Of a stretch of DNA of 64,000 nucleotides, positions 23,734 to 33,288 are shown piece by piece. The stretch spans positions 15,347 through 79,346 of the forward strand of contig VOQV01000003.1 in assembly GCA_016642085.1 (NCBI GenBank), given 5' to 3'. The number at the start of each line of letters is the position of its first letter. Positions within the stretch are counted from its first letter, which is position 1. The position numbers were made by a program, and so were the translations under genes. Origin of the DNA: Pantoea sp. Brub (GTDB taxonomy: Bacteria; Pseudomonadota; Gammaproteobacteria; Enterobacterales; Enterobacteriaceae). The notes beneath the pieces are model-generated. The model saw only the letters and a program-made list of their open reading frames with translations. It made no database searches and was not told the origin of the DNA.

Positions 23734-23815
23734 ACGGGAGTGGCGAAAATGGCAGACGCGCCAGATTTAGGTTCTGGTACCGGTAGGTATGCGAGTTCAA
23801 ATCTCGTCTCCCGTA
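23734..23815 (+). tRNA. leuW: tRNA-Leu (UAG), long variable arm
   Basis: Acceptor stem ACGGGAG/CTCCCGT, anticodon loop TTTAGGT in stem CCAGA/TCTGG, close to E. coli leuW. No encoded CCA. Confidence 0.9.
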
Positions 23816-23830
23816 TTATAATAAATACAA

Positions 23831-23902
23831 TGGGGTATAGCCAAGCGGTAAGGCACCGGTTTTTGATACCGGCATTCCCTGGTTCGAATCCAGGTACCCC
23901 AG
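23831..23902 (+). tRNA. glnU: tRNA-Gln (UUG)
   Basis: TGGGGTATAGCCAAGCGGTAAGGCACCGGTTTTTGATACCGGCATTCCCTGGTTCGAATCCAGGTACCCCAG is almost identical to E. coli tRNA-Gln(UUG). No encoded CCA. Confidence 0.93.
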
Positions 23903-24367
23903 CTTTGCTTTATAATTAATTTTAATTACATTGTTAATGTTATTATTAATATTGCTAATGTATAGCTAATTTTATTATGTATTAATTTAATCATAAATAT
24001 ATTTAATCAAGTTAATGTATATGTAATTAAAATTTTTAGTTTGATGATTTTATTATATGAGAAAATCATAAATGCTATTAATAGTATTTATCAATTAAAG
24101 CATTGATTGTCTTAATGATTTTATAAATAAATGCTTAAAAAGACATTATGATTTTCATTTTAAAATTATTTTACGATATAAAAGATCAAATATCATTTGT
24201 AAAACTAGTATATAGTGATTTCTATATATACATATCAGTTATTTATTAATAATATTAAAATATCCTTATATATAATACATGTTAAATTTATATCTCTTGA
24301 AAAGAGATAATATTTAAAACTTATGTATGCTATAAACACAATTGAAAATTAAAAAATAAATTAAATA

Positions 24368-25696
24368 ATGAACAAACTATACATTAAAACCTGGGGTTGT
24401 CAGATGAATGAATATGATTCATCTAAAATAGTTGATTTATTAAATAATAAACTTGGATGTGTTCTTACTGAAAAAACTGAAGAAGCTGATATTTTACTAC
24501 TGAATACATGTTCCATTAGAGAAAAAGCAGAAGTAAAATTATTTCATCAATTAGGACGTTGGAAATACTTAAAAGAAAAAAAGCCTAATTTAATTATTGG
24601 TGTTGGAGGATGTGTAGCTGCACAAGAAGGTGATTATATTTTAAATCGTGCAAAATATGTAGATATTATTTTCGGTCCTCAAACAATACATCGTTTGCCA
24701 GAAATGATTATATCTATACATAAAAATAATGAATCAATGATAGATATAAGTTTTCCATCTTTAGAAAAATTTGATTACTTTCCAAATCCTATTGCAACAG
24801 GACCGTCTGCTTTTGTTTCTATTATGGAAGGTTGTAATAAATATTGTACTTTTTGCATAGTACCTCATACTCGTGGCGAAGAAGTAAGTCGTCCTAGTGA
24901 TGATATTTTATTAGAAATTTTTCAATTATCCAAACAAGGAGTTAGAGAAATTACATTACTTGGTCAAAATGTTAATGCGTATTGTGGATATACATTTGAT
25001 GGTAAAATATGTAATTTTGCTGATTTAATACGTTTAGTAGCTTCAATTGAAGGTATCAATCGCATTCGTTTTATTACAAGTCATCCAATAGAATTCACTG
25101 ATGATATCATAGAAGCTTACAGCGATACTCCAGAATTAGTAAATTTTTTGCATTTACCTGTTCAAAGTGGTGCAGACCGTATTTTGAATTTAATGAAACG
25201 TGCTCATTCAATATCAGATTATAAAAAAATTATTAGCAAATTGCGTACAGTTCGTCCTAATATACAAATTAGCTCTGATTTTATTATAGGTTTTCCAGGA
25301 GAAACTCAACAAGATTTTGAGCAAACTGTAAAATTTATTGCTGATATGAATTTTGATATGAGTTTTAGTTTTATTTATTCTGCAAGACCAGGTACTCCTG
25401 CAGCGAAGTTAATTGATCATACAACAGAAAAAGAAAAGAAATATAGGCTGAATGTTATTCAAAAACTTATTAAAAAACAAGCTAAATATTGGACTTATAA
25501 AATGCTAGGAACTGAACAAACAATTTTAGTAGATAATCTATCTAATAAAAATAGTACAGAAATATTTGGTAGAACTGAAAATAACCGAATAGTTGCTTTT
25601 CAAGGTTCATCAAATATGTTAGGTAAATTTGTTAATGTTAAAATTATTGATGTATGTAATAATTCACTTCAAGGAAAATTATTATATATTAATTAA
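24368..25696 (+). CDS. miaB: tRNA-i6A37 methylthiotransferase
   Basis: 442-aa ORF with N-terminal [13 protein letters not shown] and radical-SAM CNKYCTFC, plus a C-terminal TRAM-like end. Confidence 0.93.
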   Translation: MNKLYIKTWGCQMNEYDSSKIVDLLNNKLGCVLTEKTEEADILLLNTCSIREKAEVKLFHQLGRWKYLKEKKPNLIIGVGGCVAAQEGDYILNRAKYVDIIFGPQTIHRLPEMIISIHKNNESMIDISFPSLEKFDYFPNPIATGPSAFVSIMEGCNKYCTFCIVPHTRGEEVSRPSDDILLEIFQLSKQGVREITLLGQNVNAYCGYTFDGKICNFADLIRLVASIEGINRIRFITSHPIEFTDDIIEAYSDTPELVNFLHLPVQSGADRILNLMKRAHSISDYKKIISKLRTVRPNIQISSDFIIGFPGETQQDFEQTVKFIADMNFDMSFSFIYSARPGTPAAKLIDHTTEKEKKYRLNVIQKLIKKQAKYWTYKMLGTEQTILVDNLSNKNSTEIFGRTENNRIVAFQGSSNMLGKFVNVKIIDVCNNSLQGKLLYIN

Positions 25697-25768
25697 TTTA
25701 AATTTCATTGATTTTTTTAGCATTGTTATTTTTGATTTTATCATTTCAAAATAATAAAATATCAATAT

Positions 25769-26229
25769 ATGAAAAAAAATATGATTAATTTGCAAATTGC
25801 ATGCAAAATAGATAAAAATGTAATAAATATCCAAAAATGTCACAATTGGGTACAAGCTATCAATACTCCTTTATTAAAAAAAAAGAAATTACTATTCGCA
25901 TAGTTAAAGAATCAGAGATAAAATATCTTAATTTATTTTATCGAGGAAAAAACAAATCAACTAATATATTATCATTTCCATTTGATTCACCTTCAGGTAT
26001 TAAATTACCTTTATTAGGAGATTTAGTTATTTGTTTTAAAATAATTAAAAAAGAAGCTACTGAACAAGGTAAAAAAATTGATATGCATTTAGCACATATC
26101 ATTATACATGGTACTTTGCATCTATTGGGATTCAATCATATTGACTCTAGTGATGCTTATAAAATGGAAAAGAAAGAAATTAATGCAATGTTTAATTTAG
26201 GTTATTCGAATCCTTATCTTATTTACTAA
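25769..26229 (+). CDS. ybeY: endoribonuclease YbeY; frame interrupted in an A9 tract (uninterrupted ORF body is 25837-26229)
   Basis: The body carries SFPF, GDLVIC and the Zn motif HGTLHLLGFNH. The conserved N-terminus (MKKNMINLQIACK...WVQAINTPLL, compare E. coli VILDLQLACE...WLNAVIP) is in a different frame, joined at A9 25876-25884 (see findings). Confidence 0.85.
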
Positions 26230-26359
26230 ATAATTAAAAAACAGCAACAAAAATTACACAATAACATAATAAATTAATTCTAGATTATTAATGATCTTGA
26301 AAATTTATACAGATAATTATCTTAAAATTACTTAAATATGTTTTTTATTCATAATTAAT

Positions 26360-27940
26360 ATGTTCTATTTAAACAATTCTAATTTATATAACACCTATAT
26401 TGTTATTAGCAATATAGTTTATCAAAAACAGTGGGTACGGCTTATACTAGCATTCATTACTGGTATGTGTGGTATTTTTGCTTTTTCTCCTTATAATATT
26501 GATTGTACTGCACTATTTTCTTTATGTAGTCTACAAATATTATTGCTTAATAGAAATAACATACAGTCTGCTATTATAGGTTTAATATGGGGATGTGGCT
26601 TATTTAGTGTAGGTATTAGTTGGATATATATTAGTATTGTTAATTTTAGTAATTTAACACATTTAACAAGCATAGTAATAATAGCATTAATAGTATTATA
26701 CTTATCTATATATCCAGCATTGTTCGCTATATTATTAAATATATTATGTCCTAAAGTTACTTGTTTACGTTTAGTATTTGCTGCACCTGCATTATGGCAT
26801 ATTACAGAATTTTTAAGAAGCAAATTTTTTACAGGATTTCCATGGTTACAATTTGGTTATAGTCAAATTGATGGATTATTAAAAGGATTTGCACCTCTAG
26901 CAGGTGTTGAAACAATCACTTTTATATTAATGTTTATTAGTGGTTTAATTATATTTTCAATTACATGTAACAATATCAAATCTATATTAATTATAGTTAT
27001 ATTATTCATTATTTCATGTTTATTAAATTTTATGCAATGGTATCAACCATTGCATAATAATGTTTCTGTAGCTTTAGTACAGGGAAATATTCCCCAAAAA
27101 ATAAAATGGAATTTAACACAAACTGTGAATAATGAGAACATTTATTTAAATTTAAGTAAACATTGGATAGGAAAAGTATCTATTATCGTATGGCCTGAAT
27201 CTGCAATTGCTGAACTTGAAATTAATAAACAATTATTACTATCTAGGATAGATAATTTAATAAAAAACACGTCTACTTCATTAATTACAGGTATTATTGA
27301 TAATAAATTTAACAAACATAACAATATATACTACAATTCTATTCTTGTTTTAGATTCTAACAATAAATATCATTATCCTAATAACAATCATTATTATAAA
27401 AATCATTTAGTACCATTTGGTGAATATATACCAATAAAAAAATTATTACAATTATTAGGATTATCCTTTAATTTTCCTATATTGGATTTACATCAAGGAA
27501 ATTATATTCAACCACCATTAAAAGTTAATGGTTATAATATACTTAGTGCTATTTGTTATGAAATAATTCTAGGCGAAAAAATACGTGCTAATTTGCATTC
27601 TGATACTAATTTATTATTGACAATTTCTAATGATGCATGGTTTGGTAACTCAATTGGACCTTGGCAACATTTTCAAATGGCTCGCATGAGGGCATTAGAG
27701 TTTGGTAGACCATTATTAATTGCTACAAATAATGGTATCACAGCAGTAATAGATGCTAACGGTGATATAGAAAACATATTACCTCAATTTAAAAGAAACG
27801 TATTAATTAGTACTATAACATTAACTAAAGGAAAAACTCCTTATTCATATATTGGTTATGTACCATTATGGTTTGTAATTTTTCTATTCTTGACATTTAT
27901 AATAACTTGTAAGCTAAAGATAATTAAATTGATAATTTAA
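26360..27940 (+). CDS. lnt: apolipoprotein N-acyltransferase
   Basis: 526-aa polytopic ORF. AFSPY and FPWLQFGYSQ are Lnt-like, and the CN-hydrolase part has WPESA and the catalytic-Cys context SAICYE. Confidence 0.9.
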   Translation: MFYLNNSNLYNTYIVISNIVYQKQWVRLILAFITGMCGIFAFSPYNIDCTALFSLCSLQILLLNRNNIQSAIIGLIWGCGLFSVGISWIYISIVNFSNLTHLTSIVIIALIVLYLSIYPALFAILLNILCPKVTCLRLVFAAPALWHITEFLRSKFFTGFPWLQFGYSQIDGLLKGFAPLAGVETITFILMFISGLIIFSITCNNIKSILIIVILFIISCLLNFMQWYQPLHNNVSVALVQGNIPQKIKWNLTQTVNNENIYLNLSKHWIGKVSIIVWPESAIAELEINKQLLLSRIDNLIKNTSTSLITGIIDNKFNKHNNIYYNSILVLDSNNKYHYPNNNHYYKNHLVPFGEYIPIKKLLQLLGLSFNFPILDLHQGNYIQPPLKVNGYNILSAICYEIILGEKIRANLHSDTNLLLTISNDAWFGNSIGPWQHFQMARMRALEFGRPLLIATNNGITAVIDANGDIENILPQFKRNVLISTITLTKGKTPYSYIGYVPLWFVIFLFLTFIITCKLKIIKLII

Positions 27941-28008
27941 TATGGTAATTATATAATATTAAACACTAGACTAACAATGTAACATCTAAACTTAATTAAT
28001 AGAAAATC

Positions 28009-30594
28009 ATGAAAGAAAATTATTGTCCTAAAGATATTGAATCTAGAATTCAAGAGTTTTGGGAAAAAGAGAAAACGTTTAATGTCATCGAAAATATAAA
28101 TAAAGAAAAATATTTTTGTCTTTCTATGTTGCCTTATCCATCTGGTAAACTACACATGGGACATGTGCGTAATTATACAATTGGTGATGTTATATCTAGA
28201 TATCAGCGTATGTTAGGTAAAAATGTTTTACAACCTATAGGATGGGATGCTTTTGGTTTACCAGCTGAAAATGCTGCTATTAAAAATAAAAACATACCAG
28301 CAAGTTGGACATATAAAAACATTAATTATATGAAAAATCAATTAAAATTATTAGGTTTTAGTTATGATTGGAATAGAGAGTTAACAACTTGCAAACCAGA
28401 ATATTATCTTTGGGAACAATGGTTTTTTATACAATTATATAAAAATAATTTAGTTTACAAAAAAAATTCACCAGTTAATTGGTGTCCAAAAGATCAAACT
28501 GTTTTAGCTAATGAACAAGTTATTAAGGGACTTTGCTGGCGTTGTGATACTAAAGTTCAACAAAAAAATATATCTCAATGGTTTCTAAAAATCACTAAAT
28601 ATGCAGAAGAATTATTAAATGATTTAGATACTTTAGAACATTGGCCAGAAAAAGTTAAAACAATGCAACGCAATTGGATCGGCCGATCAGATGGAATGGA
28701 AATTACTTTTAAAACGACGATAACTAACGATAATATAGTAGTTTTTACTACACGTCCAGATACTTTAATGGGAGTTACTTATTTAAATATAGCATATGAT
28801 CATCCATTATCTATCAAATATTCTAAAACTAATCCTATATTAGCTAAATTCATTGCGGAATGTAATACAATTAAATTATGTGAATCAGATAGAACACAAC
28901 TTGAAAAAAAAGGTGTAGATACTAAAGTATTTGTAAAACATCCACTAAATCACAATATTCTTCCAGTTTGGGTGTCAAACTTTGTTTTAATAGATTATGG
29001 CACTGGTGCTATAATGTCAGTACCAGCACATGATCAACGAGATTGGGAATTTGCTATAAAATATAATTTACCTATGAAATCTGTTATTTTAGATCCAAAT
29101 GGCAATAAACCCGATATTAGTCAATCAGCAATGAATAAAACAGGTATATTATTTAATTCAGATAAATTCGATGGTTTAAGTTATCAAGACGGATATAAAA
29201 CCATTTCACAAGAGATCATTAACAAAAAAGCAGGAGTACATAAAGTAAATTATCGTCTTAGAGATTGGTGTATATCACGTCAACGTTATTGGGGTGTGCC
29301 AATACCTATGTTAACATTAGAAAATGGTGATATCATACCTGTTTCAGAAGATCAATTACCATTGATTTTACCAGAAGATGTGATTCTTGATACTATAAAT
29401 CCAATTAAAATCAATTCAGAATGGTATAAAGTTTATGTAAATAATCAATCAGCATTAAGAGATAGTGATACTTTTGATACTTTTATGGAGTCTTCATGGT
29501 ACTATGCACGTTATACTTGTCCACATTATACTAAAGGCATGTTAGATCCAAAAGCAGCTAATTATTGGTTACCAGTAGATCAATATATAGGCGGAGTTGA
29601 ACATGCAATAATGCATTTAATGTACTTTAGATTTTATCATAAAATTATGCGTGATATGGGATTAGTCAGTTGTAATGAACCTGCAACACGTTTATTATGT
29701 CAAGGTATGGTGTTATCTGAAACATTTTATTATATTGATAATCAAGGTGAAATTCATTGGGTATCTCCATTAGATGTAACAGTTAAAAAAGATAATAATG
29801 GCAAAATTGTACAATCATTTGATAAATATGGTAGAAAAGTTATATATTCAGGTATGCATAAAATGTCAAAATCTAAAAATAATGGGATTGATCCTAAGAC
29901 AATGATTGATCTTTACGGTGCTGATACTTTGCGTTTGTTTATAATGTTTGCAGCTCCAGTAGAAATGACATTACAATGGAAGGAATCTGGTATAATAGGT
30001 GTTAATCGTTTTTTAAAACGTTTATGGAAATTAGTGTTTAATCATATACAGAAAGGAAAAATTAGTAAATTAATTCTTTCTAAAATGAATAACAAACAAA
30101 AAATATTATATAATGATTTAAATAATACCATAATTAAAGTATCAGACGATATTGATCGTCGGCAAACTTTTAATACAGCTATAGCTGCTATTATGGAATT
30201 TATAAATAAATTAATATATGCTCCACAAATAAATGTGCAAGATAGAGCGTTAATGCACAAATCTTTATTAACAATTATTTTATTATTATACCCATTTACT
30301 CCTCATATTTGTTATATTTTATGGCAAGAGTTAGGAAATAATAGCTCAATTGATAATGCTTCGTGGCCTGTGCCTGATAAAAGAATATTAATCAAAAATA
30401 AATCTTTAATAATAGTACAAATTAATGGCAAATTAAGAAGAAAAATTTATGTTAAATCTGATACAACTAAAGAACAAATGATATCAATAGTTACTACAGA
30501 TCATATAATATCAAAATATTTAAATAATGTCACTATTGAAAAAATATTTTACTTACCAGGTAAATTATTAAATTTAGTTATTAAACAAGGATAA
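28009..30594 (+). CDS. leuS: leucine--tRNA ligase
   Basis: 861-aa ORF with HIGH-type ([11 protein letters not shown]) and KMSKS ([10 protein letters not shown]) motifs. Confidence 0.96.
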   Translation: MKENYCPKDIESRIQEFWEKEKTFNVIENINKEKYFCLSMLPYPSGKLHMGHVRNYTIGDVISRYQRMLGKNVLQPIGWDAFGLPAENAAIKNKNIPASWTYKNINYMKNQLKLLGFSYDWNRELTTCKPEYYLWEQWFFIQLYKNNLVYKKNSPVNWCPKDQTVLANEQVIKGLCWRCDTKVQQKNISQWFLKITKYAEELLNDLDTLEHWPEKVKTMQRNWIGRSDGMEITFKTTITNDNIVVFTTRPDTLMGVTYLNIAYDHPLSIKYSKTNPILAKFIAECNTIKLCESDRTQLEKKGVDTKVFVKHPLNHNILPVWVSNFVLIDYGTGAIMSVPAHDQRDWEFAIKYNLPMKSVILDPNGNKPDISQSAMNKTGILFNSDKFDGLSYQDGYKTISQEIINKKAGVHKVNYRLRDWCISRQRYWGVPIPMLTLENGDIIPVSEDQLPLILPEDVILDTINPIKINSEWYKVYVNNQSALRDSDTFDTFMESSWYYARYTCPHYTKGMLDPKAANYWLPVDQYIGGVEHAIMHLMYFRFYHKIMRDMGLVSCNEPATRLLCQGMVLSETFYYIDNQGEIHWVSPLDVTVKKDNNGKIVQSFDKYGRKVIYSGMHKMSKSKNNGIDPKTMIDLYGADTLRLFIMFAAPVEMTLQWKESGIIGVNRFLKRLWKLVFNHIQKGKISKLILSKMNNKQKILYNDLNNTIIKVSDDIDRRQTFNTAIAAIMEFINKLIYAPQINVQDRALMHKSLLTIILLLYPFTPHICYILWQELGNNSSIDNASWPVPDKRILIKNKSLIIVQINGKLRRKIYVKSDTTKEQMISIVTTDHIISKYLNNVTIEKIFYLPGKLLNLVIKQG

Positions 30595-30597
30595 ATT

Positions 30598-31464
30598 TTG
30601 CAAACAATAATCAAGATTTTTTATTTTTTAATTATAACACTATTGTTAAATAATTGCCAAACTAATGTGCATGAAAGAATCATAATACCTCAAAAGTTCA
30701 AACAATTAAATATTACAACAGATCATGTATGTCATTCAATTTTAAATGTGATAAATAATAAATTAAATACTTATGGTATTGAAATTATAGGATATAATCA
30801 ACATGATAAAACAATACCTACATTAGTAATTAATTTTCATGATTACGATAATGATAATGTATCTGATTATACTAATCGCAATGTTACTGAAAGTCAAAGG
30901 AAAATAACGTTAAATGCAGCATTAATCATACCAAAAAAAGGTGTTTTTCCTATTCAAGTTAAAGCATATCGTCATTATTTTTTTAACAATTATCCAAATA
31001 ATACTCATAATAATGAACTTCCATATGGATATATAAATGAAATGTTTCATTGGATAAACAATTATCATTGTAAAAATAACGACTATGGCAGTAGCTATGA
31101 TTGCCAATATAATAATTATAATAGATTTGATAACAAATTTTATCAATTGCATCATTCTAATTATAATCCATATTATAAAATTTATTGTGATATAGATCAT
31201 GAAGTTAATTGTGATGTACATGCTAGAACATATGGTGGTATAACTGTAGATACTCATATAGGGAATGATACTGTTGTTAGTGATGATGATATAAACTATT
31301 ATAGTTTAAATAATGTAAGTGATAACAATGAACAATTTATGACGAATGATATGAATGTACTTATTGCTAATAAAGTATTCGATAAAATAATTAAAATTTA
31401 TGCAAAACAAATATCTTTAGATAATGAACAAAAATCTCAGGTTAAGATAGTCAATAATGTATAA
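30598..31464 (+). CDS. lptE: LPS-assembly lipoprotein LptE with a large internal insertion (TTG start)
   Basis: Signal peptide with a lipobox-like LLLNNC. LNAALIIPKKGVFPIQVKAYRHYFF and NEQFMTNDMNVLIANKVFDKIIK align with E. coli LptE. It sits between leuS and holA. At 288 aa against 193 aa in E. coli, the difference is due to an insertion. Confidence 0.75.
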   Translation: MQTIIKIFYFLIITLLLNNCQTNVHERIIIPQKFKQLNITTDHVCHSILNVINNKLNTYGIEIIGYNQHDKTIPTLVINFHDYDNDNVSDYTNRNVTESQRKITLNAALIIPKKGVFPIQVKAYRHYFFNNYPNNTHNNELPYGYINEMFHWINNYHCKNNDYGSSYDCQYNNYNRFDNKFYQLHHSNYNPYYKIYCDIDHEVNCDVHARTYGGITVDTHIGNDTVVSDDDINYYSLNNVSDNNEQFMTNDMNVLIANKVFDKIIKIYAKQISLDNEQKSQVKIVNNV

Positions 31465-32493
31465 AATTTATCCAGAACAATTGAAAGATCAATTACTTAA
31501 AAAATTTTTTTATTGTTACTTATTAGTTGGTACTGAAATATTGTTCTTAAATGAAAGTGTTGAAATAATTAAAAATATAGCTAATTTACGTAAATATAAA
31601 GAATATACTAAGTATATATTAAATAATAAAACTAATTTGGCAGATTTATTTGAAATATTTAAAACATCAGATTTGTTTTTTCAACGCAAAATAATACATC
31701 TTGAATTTACTGAAAATTATTTTAATGCATCAATAAATAGTCAATTAATAAAATTGTTTGATTTGTTAACTAAAGATAATGTAGTTATTTGTAACATTTC
31801 AAAATTAACAAAAGTAATTGAAAACAGTAAATGGTTTAAAAATATATTTAATAATAGTTTGTTAGTATATTGCCGTCCAGTAGAAAAGATTAATTTCACT
31901 CAATGGATAATCAAACGTACTGAAAATATGGGAATATTTATAAATGATGAAATACTACAATTATTTTGTTATTTGTATGAAGGCAATTTAATAGAATTAG
32001 TTCAAACTTTGCACATTTTGAAAATACAATGGCCTGATGGAAAATTAACGTTATCATGTATTCAAGATTCGTTAAATAATTTAGCAAAATTTAATGCTTT
32101 TCAGTGGGTTAACGCGTTATTAGAAGGTAATATTGTTCGTGCTATACATATTTTAAAATATTTAAAACAAGAAAATATTGAAATAATTAGTTTATTAAAT
32201 CTTTTGCAACGTGATTTAATTATATTAATACACTTAAAGTATTATCAAAATAAACCACATTATACATCTGCTTTAATAAAAAAAAAAATATTTGGATAAG
32301 CAGACAATTATTATTAAATAACGCATTAACTAGGCTTAGTTTTAACAACTTGTATAAAGCTATTAAATATTTGCTAAATATGCAATTAAAAATAAAAGAA
32401 CAAAATAATACAGAAATTTGGCTTCAAATAGAAAAATTATCTTTAATAATGTGTAATTATAGTTTTCCAACAAGTGATACTCATCATGTCTGA
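31457..32493 (+). CDS. holA: DNA polymerase III subunit delta; frame interrupted in an A11 tract (uninterrupted ORF is 31457-32299)
   Basis: The 280-aa ORF matches HolA but lacks the C-terminus. The missing 67 codons (IWISRQLLLNNALTRLS...EIWLQIEKLSLIMC...) are open in another frame from 32290 to TGA 32491-32493 and align with the E. coli HolA C-terminus (see findings). Confidence 0.85.
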
Positions 32494-33148
32494 ATTATAT
32501 TCAATTTTTGGTGGTACTTTTAATCCTATTCATTTTGGACATTTATATTCTATTGAGATATTAGCAAAGCAACTTAATTTAAAAAATGTAATATTATTAC
32601 CTAATAATATACCTCCTCATCGTTTAAAAATGCATATCAGTGCAGTACAACGCATTAATATGTTAAAACTTGCTATTAAAGATAATTCATTGTTTAAAAT
32701 AGATATAAGAGAATTAAACTTTCAACATCCTTCATGGACTGTTAACACGTTAGAAAATATAAGAATAGATATTGGTTATAAAAAACCGCTAGCTTTTATT
32801 ATCGGATCAGATTCTTTATTTACAATTCACAGATGGTATCGTTGGAAAGATATTATGTCTTTGTGTCATTTATTAGTGTGTCAACGTTCTAAAAACATTT
32901 TTAAAGATATTAGATATAATAATAATGATCATCATAAATTATGGATAAAACAGCATGTAACAACTAATATTCAAGATATATATCAAAAATCTGCAGGTTG
33001 CATTTGGTTAGCAAATACACCATTATATAATATTTCTTCATCAAAGATAAGACAACTTTGCTATTTACATAAACCATGTGATCAATTATTGCCATCTTCA
33101 GTTATTAATTACATTAATAAACATAATTTATATAATCATTTATTTTAA
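32486..33148 (+). CDS. nadD: nicotinate-nucleotide adenylyltransferase
   Basis: The ORF track starts at GTG 32474. The ATG at 32486 (MSELYSIFGGTFNPIHFGHL) matches E. coli NadD ([20 protein letters not shown]) and overlaps the restored holA stop (ATGTCTGA). Confidence 0.9.
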   Translation: MSELYSIFGGTFNPIHFGHLYSIEILAKQLNLKNVILLPNNIPPHRLKMHISAVQRINMLKLAIKDNSLFKIDIRELNFQHPSWTVNTLENIRIDIGYKKPLAFIIGSDSLFTIHRWYRWKDIMSLCHLLVCQRSKNIFKDIRYNNNDHHKLWIKQHVTTNIQDIYQKSAGCIWLANTPLYNISSSKIRQLCYLHKPCDQLLPSSVINYINKHNLYNHLF

Positions 33149-33151
33149 ATA

Positions 33152-33190
33152 ATTAATATTTTTATAAAATATTAATAGTTATTTTTTATA
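33152..33190 (+). terminator. AT-only hairpin plus T-run after nadD (possible intrinsic terminator)
   Basis: ATTAATATTTT (33152-33162), loop TAT, AAAATATTAAT (33166-33176): an 11-bp perfect stem followed by AGTTATTTTTT. It starts 4 nt after the nadD stop. Confidence 0.35.
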
Positions 33191-33288
33191 TATAAATGTA
33201 ATATATAAAATACTTTATATTACATAAATGTACAAAAAAGTAATTTTTATTTTAGTTGTTATTCAATATATAAAAATATTTAATATCC

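Noticed and set aside
30922-31257. A 111-aa minus-strand ORF opposite the lptE insertion.
   Set aside because: It is an Ile/Met-rich antisense reading of a low-complexity AAT/TAT-rich region. It has no start context or homology signal. The sense strand continues the LptE frame across both conserved flanks.
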